NCBI GenBank assembly: GCA_964016885.1
Contig: OZ024741.1
Location: 170,066,001 to 170,130,000 of the forward strand
Direction of reading: 5' to 3'
Origin: Eledone cirrhosa
Lineage: Eukaryota
DNA length: 64,000 bases
Part shown: positions 27,060 through 40,801 of the stretch, piece by piece
Layout: each line of letters opens with the position of its first letter
Position numbering within the stretch: position 1 is the first letter of the stretch
The notes under the pieces: model-generated
Databases searched by the model: none
What the model was told of the DNA's origin: nothing
The model's input: only the letters and a program-made list of their open reading frames with translations
Program-made: the position numbers and the translations under genes

Positions 27060-27332
27060 ATTAGTGCACAATATTAGGGGCACCGTATTAACATACTGCG
27101 CTTTGGAGGTATTTTCAGCCTGGCGGAGCCCATCCCTCTCCAGGCCTGAATACAGTAGAGTATAGAGAAAGACTCGACACCATTACTAGACTGGTACTTT
27201 TTTTTATCGACCTCGAAAGGATGAAAGGAAAAGTTGACCTCAACGGGATTTGAACTCAGAGAGCAGAAAGCCGGAACGAATACCATGAAGCATTCTATCC
27301 GAATGTCTATCGACTCTGCAAGTTCGTCGCCT
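27060..27332 (-). mobile_element. tRNA-derived SINE, related family B
   Basis: Shares the B box and central domain with SINE A but has a different tail; paralogs at ~29435-29745 and ~48388-48640. Confidence 0.75.
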
Positions 27333-27459
27333 ATACATCAAAATAGGGAGTCGTATACATTTAATTTGGACTACAGTTCACTTGCCTCTGCACTTAACTA
27401 TTTCATCGTTTGTATTGATTCAATATACTATATGTCGCCTCGATAATAAATATTCTAAC

Positions 27460-28609
27460 TCCGAGGTGTGTCAGAAAAGTAACAGGACTTAGTGTGCTGT
27501 CTGAACTATGAGTGGGATAGCGATAAACGGGTTACGTCACCGTTTGATTTGATATCCGAGGAGTATATAACTGCGTTCTCAGCTCTCTGTAGATATTGTA
27601 TGGTTTTTAACGTGTTTTTGTTAACAGCTCCTCAATTTTAGACCGCCATGCAATGGACACAGAGCAACGAACCAATCGGGTTTTCGAGTGGCATAAAAGG
27701 TTCAAAGAGGGACGCAAGGAAGCAGAAGAACTTCAGCGAACAGAACTGAGGCCAACTTTGAGCGCTAGAGGCAGGTGGTGTGTGGGGATCGTTGGCTGAT
27801 TGTTCGATTGATCGGAAGTGAGCTGGGCTTGAATTTTGCGACAGTGTTTGGAAGACTATCATTGAAAATTTGGCATGCAGAAGATCTGCGCGAAGATAGT
27901 GCCGAAGCTGCTGAACGATGACCAGAAGGAACGGCTCATGAAGATGTGTCAGAACACCCTCGAGCGTCTTGAAACCGAATTAGACTTGTCAAAGAGAGTC
28001 ATCATCAAGGATAAGTCATAGATCTATGAATACGCCAAAGTCTTCAGTGAATGAGTCCGGAGTCGCCCAAGGCAAAGAGAGCAGGACAGTCGAAGTCCAA
28101 AATCAAACTTATGTAGATCGCGTTCGTCTATGTGAACAGCATCGTCCACGGGGCCAGATGATCAGCCAGCATCTTTACAATAAGGTCCCACAGCGTTTGC
28201 TTCGTCCAGTGGGTGAGAAAAGGCGAGAATTGTGACAAAAAAACTCTTCACCACCACAACGCGCCGGCTCCCAACGGCCTGAGCAGCCAGTAGTTTCTGG
28301 CTGAGATGAACATCACCGTGCTGCACCGACCTGGCTCCGTGTCATATTTTCCTTTTCCCCTAGCTCAAGAGGGTCATCAAGGGGACCCGTTTGTCGGATT
28401 GGAAGCTATCAAGGGGGCCATGACGACGGAGTTGCGGAGAATTCCGGAAGAATCTTTCCAAGAGTGCATAGAGGCGTGGCGGAGAAGGATAGGAAAATAC
28501 GTTAGACTCGAGGAGGTATTATTTCGAAGTGGGAAACTTGTAGTTTATAATTTGGATCTGAAATATTTTTTGCGACCCCAGTCCTATTACTTTTCTGCCG
28601 CACCTCGTA
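27460..28609 (+). mobile_element. Decayed mariner (Tc1/mariner) DNA transposon
   Basis: ~28-bp TIRs cgaggtgtgtcagaaaagtaacaggact / agtcctattacttttctgccgcacctcg followed by TA. Transposase remnants KICAKIVPKLLNDDQK, HHHNAPA, IPEESFQECIEAWRRR. Confidence 0.88.
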
Positions 28610-29434
28610 TTTTATATATTCCATTGATTTAGAAGCCAAAGCAATGACTTCTAATCTATAACCATCGCTTGCAATGGAGTATGACTTGGAAACCATACTT
28701 TCACTAAAGTTATTGGGTGCTCATGCAGTCGCGAGCTGACACAGGCAGCTTTGCAAAACTACTCCATTTGATCTAGCGGGAAATTCAGAATGCACCAGCT
28801 ACAATTAATGAAGGTTGCACCAGTGCTGAGGAGTTTGTAAATATTTCATCTACCCCAAAAGAATGGGAAGCAATGTAAACCTGCTCAGGATTTGATTTCA
28901 TAACACAGAGACATGCATATTTATAGAAATAAGTATATTGAAGTTTGCTATACATGTTAGCACTTATTAATAAGAAGATTTGAAATTAATGCATGCGAGA
29001 TTTTACAGCTGTAGCATTACACCTTCATAGTCAGCCCACCCTCGTATTTATACAAAGAAGTTAATTAAGTTTGCTACACATATTAGCATTGGAAACCAAA
29101 TCTACAAGATAATACTTCACTGGTTACCAAATACTCAATTATCGAAAAACTATAAACTCTGCACTTCACTGCACTGTTTAGCTTCTCATCTTGTCTTCGA
29201 CAATTACTATAAAAGCTTATGATTCTCAGAATCATATATCCAAATACTTTCTTTAACACAGACCCAATCATTTCAGATTACTCAGCTGTCGATAATAAGT
29301 ATTCCATTTATTTTTATGTATTCCATGGATTTAAAAGTCAAAACCAATGACTTCTAAACTATAGCCGACACTCACAATCGACTATGACTTGGTACTATGT
29401 ACCATGTATAAATGTATGGTTCCGTAACACCTGA

Positions 29435-29745
29435 TAGAGCCATAGGGGTGCTGTACTGACATACAGCGTGTCTTGGACATTTTAAACCTGGCTTCGCTCA
29501 TTCCTCTCTAAGCCTGAGTACAGCAGATTTTCTCTAGAGAAAGATAGAAAGTGAGAGATAGGAAATGAGAAAGATATAAACGAAGAATCGACTCCTGTAC
29601 TAGAATGGTACTTTTTTTTGTCGACCCCGAAAGGATGAAAGGCAATGTTTTCCTCGGCGAGATTTGAACTGAGAAAGTAGAGAGACGGAACGAATAACAT
29701 AAAGCATTCTATCGGCCGTTCCAATGACTCTACGAATTCGCCGCC
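29435..29745 (-). mobile_element. SINE family B
   Basis: Similar to 27060-27332. Confidence 0.75.
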
Positions 29746-30667
29746 ATACTCTTTACCATCATTCACTACATTCTTTTGGTGTTCAGGCTGTCGCGAGCAG
29801 ACGCAGACATCTTTTTAACATTCAGAATGCGCCAGCTGGAAGCAAAGAGGGTTGCACCAGCACTAGACTTGTACATATGTTATCGACCCCGAAAGGAGGG
29901 AAAGCGAAGTGAACTTCGTCGGGATTTGAATTCATAACACAGAGACATACATATCTATCACTTATTTAAATTAACGTAAGTAGCGTTCATTTAGTAGATT
30001 AACCACTATAAAACAAGAATAAAAAGAACAAAGAAGAAACAAGATTCGAAACCGAGGTGTGATAATGTGATCTCTTGTATACAGCAGCTCTTTAAATTCA
30101 TATTTGTGAGTTGAAATAGACGTCAGATAAACTCTTCCAATAGAACGCTTTGATGAAGACTTAACATCTCTGCTGTAAATCTTGCAGATAACGTTCGGCA
30201 CAAATGAATTTTTGCAGCTATTTCGAAACTTAATTCTAATTCACTTCGGTATTATTATTTATTGCCTTAGCAATAACAAAATAAAACGAAATACAAGTAC
30301 ATCGAATTTGAATTGAATTTCGATCTAGTGCAAGAGTTCAACATTATAACACTAATAAGGAATGAATATTACAAATGCAACGAATTGAGCACTATAACAT
30401 AGATAAGTAGGAATATTTCATAAATAGAACGAGAATACCGCACTGTGGAAAGGTTCTTAGCAGAGAAATCTTCTAAATTAGAGATATTGTCAATGCAATA
30501 ACCATACAGACATTAGTAATTCATCCAGACAAACTATACGCAATATCAATATATTTTCGTGTCCATTCATTTTAGTACACTCTTTCTTTCTATTATCTAT
30601 CAATCTATCTATCTATTTTAAAGAAAGAAATATGTCTATGTATCTATCTTTCTTTTTTCTTTATTTT

Positions 30668-31205
30668 TATGTATGTATGGCGAGCTTTGTGAGGGTAAGA
30701 AACCACATCACAAGCCAAGTCTCCGATTCAAGGATTGTGTAAAGGACTCATTGAAAAAAGCTGGTTTGATGATGGCTGACTGGGAGATAGAAGCTCTTGA
30801 AAAAGACCTTGGCATGGGGTCCATAATTTTTAGTACAGACGCATGGAGCACGAGAAGATTAAACGGGATGTGCGTAAGCAATGCTCTGGTGTATCTCTCG
30901 AAACGATCGGTGTCTCCATTAAATTGAAGTGCCTTGAGTGTGGAAAAATTTGCTTGAGCAAATCTGGTCTCAGGAGCCACAATCGTAGCCATGCTCAAAG
31001 AAAACTAGTGAACTATGATCTCCACGGTATTATGAGGGTTCACAGACAATCTGATGAAGGACCTCAAGCCAGGGAGATCCATAGTTGTCGTCAGTGTGTG
31101 AAGGATTTCAAGTCTCTAGCAGGCTTGAAAAGACATATCCGAGCGTCACACATCTGAATCTGACAAGCGATTGCAATACTCTTAGCAGAGTTGGCAGCCA
31201 TCATG
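30668..31205 (+). mobile_element. RTE-clade LINE 3' end with two C2H2 zinc fingers, followed by (TATG)n
   Basis: YGEL.EG.....P.LRFKDCVKDSLK...WE, typical of the RTE ORF C-terminus; CLECGKICLSKSGLRSHNRSH and CRQCVKDFKSLAGLKRHIRASH. Confidence 0.8.
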
Positions 31206-31327
31206 TATGTATGTAAGTATGTATGTATGTATGTATGTATGTATGTATGTATGTATGTATGTATGTATGTATGTATGTATGTATGTATGTATGTATGTAT
31301 ATACAACCTGTATATACAACCTGTATA

Positions 31328-31925
31328 TACAACCTGTCTCATGGTCGGGTCGTTGGCGACTAAACTGGCAACCCCACCAAGGTTTCTTGGTGAGGAGGGT
31401 GACTTTAGACATCCTGCAGGACTAAAAACAAAACCTGTCAAAGGGCTAGGGAGCTCTTAAGAGTCAATGGCAATCCGAAATCACCGGGAGAGATGACCCC
31501 TTAGCCTTTGTCAAGGCAGAATTCTAGGAGAAGGAAAACTCTGATATAACACCTACAACTCTGATGGTATCCAATGATGTAGACTTGTTCTTCATTTTGG
31601 TAAATATCATCTTGGTTAAGAGAGTGGGACTGGCTTTGTGCAGTGCCTTTGCTCACTATAAAAGCTTCACGGCACAGGCATTGCTTTATATCTGGAGATC
31701 TCTCTGCACTTGTCGTCACATGGTACCATGGGCCCAGCACTGTGTGTCAATAATTGTCACAGGTGTAGTGTTTGTACCAGAGTTTTCAAGTCGCTGGCTG
31801 GACTAAAAAGTCACACTCGTTCAGCGCATCGGTAGGGGTTCTCCTACATGGATATAAAGTAGCGGCCGTACTCGAAAACGAGTTGGCAGCCACCATGTAT
31901 GTATATAGGTATGTATGTATGTATC
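31328..31925 (+). mobile_element. Short non-autonomous RTE derivative (5' UTR fused to 3' end)
   Basis: RTE-like 5' UTR (ggagaaggaaaactctga), zinc-finger remnant, and terminus gagttggcagccaccatgtatg shared with 30668-31205. Confidence 0.72.
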
Positions 31926-31949
31926 TATGTATCAATCTATCTATCTATG

Positions 31950-32160
31950 TTGACCTTTTTTGGTTTTGTTTTCGATGCTCAGAGAGTGGGATTAGTCGAC
32001 TGCAAGGCCTTTACCCACTTAAAAAAACCTTCAAAGCACAGGCATTACTTGTTCAAGATCTGTTACAGGTTCGTATGGCTGGCCGTAGTCTAAAAGTGCA
32101 CCGAACTCTATAATCTGACAAGCGATTGCAATACTCTTAGCAGAGTTTGCAGCAATCAAC
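31950..32160 (+). mobile_element. Variant RTE-derivative 3' fragment
   Basis: Terminus tctgacaagcgattgcaatactcttagcagagtt is identical to 31160-31195. Confidence 0.65.
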
Positions 32161-32895
32161 TATCTATTTATTTATTTGTGTTATATTCAAATAACAATAT
32201 AAAAAAAACCGCGGCTGTGTTCCCCTACGTTGCAGGAAACAACGAAAGATGATAGGAATAATATTATAACTATTAAAATCATCATCGACGAGTTTAAGAT
32301 AGTGAAACACATTTTAGCTTACTTTGCGTATGCTGCATCACTGTCATTTGTATATTGCTATTTATAATGTTTCCATAGATAACATTAAAATGATTTTTCT
32401 ATGGTTGAATTCTATATAGCGTAATCAACAAATAATTTTATCTAATTGGGTTTCGTGTACTGTATTATACTGTCCTAAAATGGCTCCTGGTTGCAGATAC
32501 AAGGTCAATTAACGAAAATGGTTCTGCTTTTGTCTCCAATTTCAATGACTAAATATTCAACAAATTTGAATTAGGTGATGATAATTGTATTGGTTATAAG
32601 ATTGTTCCGTGTCCGTTCGTGCTATACTGCAAAGCATTCCAACAACACGCTATAACTATACATTATTTCAGATGAAAATACCAAGAAGGGTTTAACGCGT
32701 TAGTGGACGTGTGGGCGCTAGTTTTCCGAACTAAAACTAAAGGACTATTAAGAAAATATAAAAACTTCTCGGATAAAAGTTAATTGAACTCTAATACAGT
32801 TCTGTCCTTAATATAGAATGTATGAAAGATATGTTGTTACCTATTCACATACACACATATATATATATATACATAACACACATACACACAGACAC

Positions 32896-33041
<146 letters not shown>

Positions 33042-33170
33042 CACACACACACACATATAATGTTTGAAAGAAATGTTGTTCCCGATTCACATACACATAT
33101 ACATAATGAACATATATCATATATATATATATATATAAACACACACATACACAAACACGGACACACACGT

Positions 33171-33219
<49 letters not shown>

Positions 33220-33504
33220 AATATATACATGAAGAAATGAAGAAAGAGGGAAAAAGAAACACAGATGGATGAATATAAAAGAAGGAAATAAGAAACTTAG
33301 AAGTGAAGACCAAGATCATATGTCAGCAACAACGAAAAGTCTAATTGGAGAATTACGTGCTACATATGATTATTGAATTGGCGATCAACTCATGGCGTAT
33401 GTATATGGGATACAGTCTACTCTTTAAAGACTTTTACCCGTCTTATCACATTACCGAACTCTCGTCCAATCAATGCATCTCATCTCGTCTGTCTATCGCT
33501 CACC

Positions 33505-34123
33505 TTATATATGGTGGCTGCCAACTCGTTTTCGAGTACGGCCGCTACTTTATATCCATGTAAGAGAACCCCTACCAATGCGCTGAACGAGTGTCTTTTT
33601 AGTCCAGCCAGCGACTTGAAAACTCTGGTACAAACACTACACTTGTGACAATTATTGACACATAGTGCTGGGCCCATGGTACCATGTGACGACAAGTGCA
33701 GAGAGATCTCCAGATACAAAGCAATGCCTGTGCCGTGAAGCTTTTATAGTGAGCAAAGGCACTGCACAAAGCCAGTCCCACTCTCTTAACCAAGATGATA
33801 TTTACCAAAAAGAAGAACAAGTCAACATCATTGGATACCATCAGGGTTGCAGGTGTTATATCAGAGTTTTCCTTCTCCTAGAATTCTGCCTTGACAAAGG
33901 CTAAGGGGTCATCTCTCCCGGTGATTTTGGATGGCCATTGACTCTTAAGAGCTCCTTTGCCCTTTGACAGGTTGTGTTTTTAGCCCTGCAGGATGTCCAA
34001 AGTCACCCTCCTCACCAAGAAACCTTGGTGGGGTTGCCAGTTTAGTCGCCAACGACCCGACCATGAGACAGGTTGTACTGGGATACATGTTACCAGTAGC
34101 ACCAACTGGTGACCTGACACCTT
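33505..34123 (-). mobile_element. Short non-autonomous RTE derivative, most complete copy
   Basis: Reverse complement of 31328-31900 plus ~45 bp of extra 5' sequence. Confidence 0.75.
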
Positions 34124-34199
34124 ATATATACATACATATATACATACATACACACACACACACACCCGCGTGCACACACAAACATACGTACATATAATA

Positions 34200-34480
34200 T
34201 CTAAAGTCTAAAGTCGGTCTTAAGCCAGAAGGTTTATTTGGCCGGTGCTTATCCCGGTTTCATGGCGTGAAGCGACTGAGAGTACAAGACTCCCCCCTGG
34301 ACAGGACGCCAGTCCATCGCAGGGTTAACCTCCAGCTATTGCTGGTACTCATTTTCAGCTGAGCATAATGGAGCAACGTGAAATGAAGTGTTGTTCTCAA
34401 GAACAGAACACGCAGCCCAGGAATCGAACCCACAACATTATGATCGTAAGTCCAACACCCTTGCCACTAGGCCACGTGCC
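34200..34480 (-). mobile_element. tRNA-derived SINE (family C)
   Basis: Head GGCACGTGGCCTAGTGG..GGTTCGATTCC, conserved-type central domain, short repeat tail (actttag)n. Confidence 0.85.
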
Positions 34481-34493
34481 CCCCCCCCCCCCC

Positions 34494-34541
<48 letters not shown>

Positions 34542-34631
34542 CATTTATTTATTATATATATAGTAATATATATATATATATATATGTATATATAATATAT
34601 AAGATCAAAAGATGGTTAAAGGAGTTCCATG

Positions 34632-34702
34632 TATTTTATTATGCGCATTTCAAAAACAAACATCATCATGCAATAATATTTGTGTTTTCATCAGATAAAA
34701 CA
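34632..34702 (-). ncRNA. Type I hammerhead (PLE4 pLTR)
   Basis: UGUUUUAU-CUGAUGA-long stem II-GAAA-UGCGCA-UA^-AUAAAAUA. Confidence 0.78.
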
Positions 34703-35502
34703 GGAGGACATGATATGAAGGCTAAAAAACACTTGTGGATAGTGCAGTTTTAAATCAACATATGAGAAGTAGTTTTAGATTGATGTGTGATATTGGGAAA
34801 AATATTTTATTTAGAGAGGGGGGGGGATGAAAAAAGGGGAGGAGATGAGAGTGAAGGTGGAGAGGGAGAGATGGGTGATAGAGAGAGAGAGATAGTTTTT
34901 ATAACTGAGAAAGATATATTGTTTTACATAGAGAGGTTGAAAACCGTTGGAAGATAATGTATAAATTAAAAGAATTTGAAAATTAACGAAGGGAAAAATA
35001 TGTACGAAGAAGGAGAGGGAGTTAATATGTATTGAGATTAAAAAGTTTGATGATAGAGAGAATAGAATAATGAATTGCGGATGAATATTCTAACGTCCAA
35101 AAAATGTGTGTATGTTTACAAGTATTATGGAAATTTGAAAATTAACGAAGAGAAAAAAAAATTATTAAGGTTTGTGTATTGAAGGATTTGAGAAAAATAA
35201 TGTGAAGTTAAGGTTTGTATATTGAAGGAATTGATAATATGTGCGAAGAAAGAGTTAATATGTATTAAGAATGAGTTAGATGATAGGGAGAAAAAAATAA
35301 GGATGAATAATCTGGCGTCAAAACAAATGTATATGTTACGAAGGATTTTACAAGGTGAAAATAGAGTAAGGGTAATGAGTAAACAAGTATTATAGAGTGT
35401 ATTATACCCTTTGAAATAAGGTAGGAAGATGGGTATATTTTAAAAGAGGTGTATGTATATGTGCCTTTGAGAAAAGATTCTAAATTGATAAAGAATTGAA
35501 TA

Positions 35503-36369
35503 TTAGCTGTATACTTTGTGAAATGTCTTATGGAATTTATGCAAGCAGATAGAAAACAAATCTGTTCGTCTATTTATTATAGAATCTAGATTAGAGATAA
35601 TGGTAAATTTTTCATTTAGGCAGAGATTGCAGATTTTAGATAGAGAGCTGTTCAAGTATGAAGACGCAGAAGAAACCTTCTTCCAAAAGATGGTATATTT
35701 AATGTTTTTGTCTTTCAAGGACCATATGAGTTCTGAGAGAGCCGTGTTGGTTCTTTTAAGTTTGTATTTAAAAGATGAATGATGATTATAGAGACGAGCT
35801 TTAAAAGAGGTGGAAGTGGAGCCAAAATAGGTGAAGTAATTGGTGTTAGTTATAACTTTACATTCATAAATTAAGTTTTTATCAAGACAATGGTTGTTGA
35901 GAGGACATTTATTTTTAATAGGGCAATTGCAATTGCAATTAGAGAGATTATTAATGAGTGACCTAGTGTTATCTATAGAAGGAATTGGATTGGAGAAGTT
36001 GTTTGCGATAGGAATAATAGTTTCTTGATTTAGAGTTGGATTATGAACATTTAGCGAAGTTGTGTTTGACGTTGTATTTGGGTTTACAGAAATTAGCCTA
36101 GGGTTTACAATGACGTCGGGAGTACTATTACTGTTATTATGAAATTCAGTGTTGGAAGGAAGAGATTTAGTATTTAGTATTTTATTGTTGTGTTTAGAGA
36201 TAATGTTGGAAATATTGGAGGATGTAGAATAAGAAAATGTTATGGTGTGTTTGTTAAATATTTTACTATAGATATGTGAGGGAGGGAAGCATTTATTTAA
36301 GGCACTAAAGAATAATTTAGGAATATTTATCAATTTAGAATCTTTTCTCAAAGGCACATATACATACAC
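35503..36369 (-). pseudogene. PLE thumb-linker + GIY-YIG endonuclease fragment; the start codon derives from the inverted arm
   Basis: CFPPSHIYSKIFNK, CNC..CPL..CL, LIYEC..YFGST..FKARLYNH, CNLCLNEK. Confidence 0.88.
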
Positions 36370-37095
36370 CTCTTCTAAAATATACCCATCTTCCTACCTT
36401 ATTTCAAAGGGTATTATACACTCTATAATACTTGTTTACTCATTACCCTTACTCTATTTTCACCTTGTAAAATCCTTCGTAACATATACATTTGTTTTGA
36501 CGCCAGATTATTCATCCTTATTTTTTTCTCCCCATCATCTAACTCATTCTTAATACATATTAACTCTTTCTTCGCACATATTATCAATTCCTTCAAAATA
36601 CAAACCTTAACTTCACATTATTTTTCTCAAATCCTTCAATACACAAACCTCAATAATTTTTTTTCTCTTCGTTAATTTTCAAATTTCCATAATACTTGTA
36701 AACATACACACATTTTTTTGACGTTAGAATATTCATCCGCAATTCATTATTCCATTGTCTCTATCATCAAACTTTTTAATCTCAATACATATTAACTCCC
36801 TCTCCTTCTTCGTACATATTTTTCCCTTCGTTAATTTTCAAATTCTTTTAATTTATACATTATCTTCCAACGGTTTTCAACCTCTCTATGTAAAACAATA
36901 TATCTTTCTCAGTTATAAAAACTATCTCTCTCTCTCTATCACCCATCTCTCCCTCTCCACCTTCACTCTCATCTCCTCCCCTTTTTTCATCCTTTCCACC
37001 CCCTCTCTCTAAATAAAATATTTTTCCCAATATCACACATCAATCTAAAACTACTTCTCATATGTTGATTTAAAACTGCACTATCCACAAGTGTT

Positions 37096-37295
37096 NNNNN
37101 NNNNNNNNNNNNNNNNNNNNNNNNNNNNNNNNNNNNNNNNNNNNNNNNNNNNNNNNNNNNNNNNNNNNNNNNNNNNNNNNNNNNNNNNNNNNNNNNNNNN
37201 NNNNNNNNNNNNNNNNNNNNNNNNNNNNNNNNNNNNNNNNNNNNNNNNNNNNNNNNNNNNNNNNNNNNNNNNNNNNNNNNNNNNNNNNNNNNNNN
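37096..37295. other. Assembly gap (200 N)
   Basis: N run. Confidence 1.
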
Positions 37296-37329
37296 AGCAG
37301 TATCAGTAAAGGGTCGGACTCCATGCTTA

Positions 37330-38640
37330 CCAGCTTAGATTTACGTCCCTTTATGGTCTGAGTTCAAATCCCGCCGAGATTAAATTTGCCCATCCTTACC
37401 CCGGGGTCGATAAAATTAATACACTGGAATAATTGCTGGCCTTGTGCCAAAAGTAGAAACAAATATTGTTAGTATCATCCTTATTATCATCATAATCATC
37501 ACCAATAGCACCAATCAGAACCTGCAGCAGCACGTCTCCCACCACTATCACGACTACGGTCAACATCATCATAATAAATGGTAATAGCTGTCACTTTTGT
37601 TTGTGCACATACAATGCTGTTTCAGTTATTTCTGCTTTGTTTCCTTTTTTTCCCCAATTCATTAGTCTGTCACCAATTAATTCATCTTTGCAGTCCAAAA
37701 ACAAAATTATGCTACAATCCATAATTCTGTATAAATGGGGTTCACCGTTCTTCGCAGACACATCTGCTGCAATAATGACAGGCTCAACTGATACGGTTTA
37801 CTGCTTATGGCGGGCTTGTTGGCAGCTGAATGTATGGTGTAAAATGAAAACGTTATATGGACGCCATTTAAATCTCCGATTTTTCACACTTGATCAAGAA
37901 AATATACTTATTTCACAAAAACTAGTGTCATCTACTACTCTGCGGCAATATGTGTGTTATCTCACTAAACTAATATAGATGCACTACAGGAACAGACCAA
38001 AACCGATGTTATTTTAAGTAAAGTTTCCAGCATAGTTACGTCCCTTTACGTTCTGAGTTCAAATCCCGCCGAGGTTGACTTTGCCTTTCCTCCTTACGGG
38101 GTCGATAAAATAAAGTACCAGTATTGCACTGGTTAATTGCTGGCCTTGTGCCTAAAGTAGAAACAGTTATTTTAAGTAAGGTATGAAACCATGTTAAAGA
38201 TGTTGATGTTAATGATGATGAAGATGATGATGATGATGATTATCATCATGTTGGTGATGTTCATGAGGCTCAGGATCATGTCGATGATGATGATAATTGT
38301 TTCTACTTTTGGCACAAGGCCAGCAATTACCCAGTGTATTACTGGTACTTTATTTTATCGACCCCGTAAGGATGAAAGGCAAAGTTAACCTAATAAGCAG
38401 GAGAATGATTGACAATGGATTTGATGTTGCTTATATGATGGTCATGATGATGACGACGATGATGATGATGTGGATTACAAGGCCAGTAATTGGTACATTA
38501 CTGGTACTTTATTTTATCGACCCGGTAAGGATGAAAGGCAAAGTTAACCTCGGCGGGATTTGAACTCATTCTGTAAAGGGACGTAACTGTGCTGGAAAGC
38601 ATGGCGTCCGATTCTCTATCGATACTGCTAATCCCCCCCC
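37330..38640. mobile_element. Cluster of SINE A copies (~37330-37465 +, 38025-38170 +, 38295-38390 -, 38478-38640 -)
   Basis: Matches to the SINE A body, interspersed with (GAT)n/(CAT)n. Confidence 0.85.
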
Positions 38641-38689
38641 TTAGTACAACAACAATAATGACCACCTAATCCACTACTTTCCAGCAACG

Positions 38690-39945
38690 TCATCCCAGCC
38701 CCACTACCACCACGACCACCACCACCAGCACTACCACACCCACCGCCAGCTCCACATCCACTACCAGCACCACTACCACCACCAGCAAACTACTACCACC
38801 GCCAGCACCACATCCACCACCAGCACCAGTACCACACCCACCGCCAGCTCCACATCCACCACCAGAACCACTACCACCACCGCCAGCTCCACATCCACCA
38901 CCAGAACCACTACAACCACCGCCAGCACCACCACCCCCACCGCCACCACCACATCCACCACCAGCACCAGTACCACCACCGCCAGCACCACATCCAACAC
39001 CAGCACCACTACCACCACCAGCACTACTACCACCACCACCACTACCACATCCACCACCAGCACCACTACCACCACCACCACCAGCACCACTACCACCACC
39101 ACCACTACCACCACCGCCAGCTCCACATCCACCACCAGCACCACCACCACCGCCAGCACCACATCCACCACCAGCACCACCAACACCACTACCACCACCA
39201 GCACCACTACCACCACCGCCAGCTCCACATCCACCACCAGCACCACCAACACCACTACCACCACCACCAGCACCACCACCCCCACCGCCAGCACCACATC
39301 CACCACCAGCACCACTACCACCACCGCCAGCACCCCCACCCCCACCGCCAACACCACATCCACCACCAGCAGCACTACCACCACCGCCAGCACTCACTAC
39401 CACCACCAGCACCACTACCACCACCACCAGCACCACATCCATAACCAGCACTACTACCACCACCGCCAGCACCACTATCACCACCGCCAGCACCACATCC
39501 ACCACCAGCAACATTACCACCACCGCCAGCACCACATCCACACCACACCAGCACCACCAGCACCACTACCACCACCAGCACCACTACACCACAGCCAGCG
39601 CCACATCCACCGCCAGCACCACTTCCACCACCGCCAGCACCACATCCACCTCCATTACCACTACCACCACCGCCAGCTCCACATCCACCCCTAGCACCAC
39701 TACCACCACCGCCAGCACCACTACCACCACCGCCAGCACCACATCCACCACCAGCACCACTACCACCACCGCCAGCACCACATCCACCGCCATTACCACT
39801 ACCACCACCGCCAGCTCCACATCCACCCTAGCACTACTACCACCACCGCCAGCACCACATCCACCACCAGCACCACATCCACCACCGCCAGCACCACATC
39901 CACCGCCAACACCACATCCACCACCAGCACCACCACCACCATCAC
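38690..39945. repeat. (ACC)n-derived minisatellite with 18/21-bp subunits
   Basis: Alternating accaccgccagcaccacatcc / accaccagcaccactacc units. Confidence 0.9.
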
Positions 39946-40180
39946 GTGCAGACAATCACCAGCAACAATACCAAAAATCAAAAGAACTTGATCATCGTTC
40001 CCAATATTAACTCAACAACAATAGCTCTAGACTCTTTATCGGAGACAATGTAACCTACACTATAGCTATTTGGTAAGATATTATACATTCTTAGCACGCC
40101 ATCTTGATTTTGAATTACCTCGAGAAATACTGGCGAACATTGCTAAACTGTTAGGTTTATTTATTGTTTCATTATGTGTC

Positions 40181-40224
<44 letters not shown>

Positions 40225-40225
<1 letters not shown>

Positions 40226-40410
40226 CTGTTTCTACTTTAGGCACAAGGCCAGCAATTACCAGTGCATTACTGGTACTTTATTTTATCGACCCCGTAAGGA
40301 TGAAAGGCAAAGTCAACCTCGGCGGGATTTGAACACAGATGGTAAAGGGACGTAACTACGCTGGAAAGCATGGCGTCCGACCCTCTACCGATACTGCCAA
40401 TCCACCGCCA
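40225..40410 (-). mobile_element. SINE A
   Basis: Full-length match. Confidence 0.9.
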
Positions 40411-40417
40411 TATATAT

Positions 40418-40554
40418 AACGAAGGAAATGTGGTAAGGAACCAGGTGGACCATAACGCACCAAAGTACTCAATACTTGAGGTAGTAGAGTGGGTAATAGG
40501 AACCAGTAAGACCCCGACAGCTGAGCTCAAGCCGTTTCGACGGCTAATTCTGGA

Positions 40555-40558
<4 letters not shown>
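40418..40558 (-). mobile_element. PLE1-family terminal fragment with 3' half of HHR
   Basis: Reverse complement of 2379-2513; TA flanks. Related tips at 52310-52390, 55577-55712 and 63912-64000. Confidence 0.8.
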
Positions 40559-40647
<89 letters not shown>

Positions 40648-40801
40648 GAGGTGAGTTTTATTGTAGTACAATAAAGCAATGCAGATATCGGATAAGTAGC
40701 ACTCTACAGTTTGTAGGACTGGAGTATAAATAATATGTTGATATGTTGATTTAAAATTGCACTATTCACAAGTGTGTTTTAACCTTCATATCATGTCTCC
40801 C

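Larger units (their letters stand above)
34598..37095 (-). mobile_element. PLE4: heavily 5'-truncated PLE (endonuclease only) with inverted arms
   Basis: Arms ~34728-35489 and ~36326-37095; the right arm is cut by the assembly gap. Confidence 0.9.

Noticed and set aside
37070-37324. ORFs spanning the N run
   Set aside because: Assembly-gap artefact.
37601-37978. 125-aa ORF in unique sequence
   Set aside because: Non-ATG start, no recognisable motif and no splice support.
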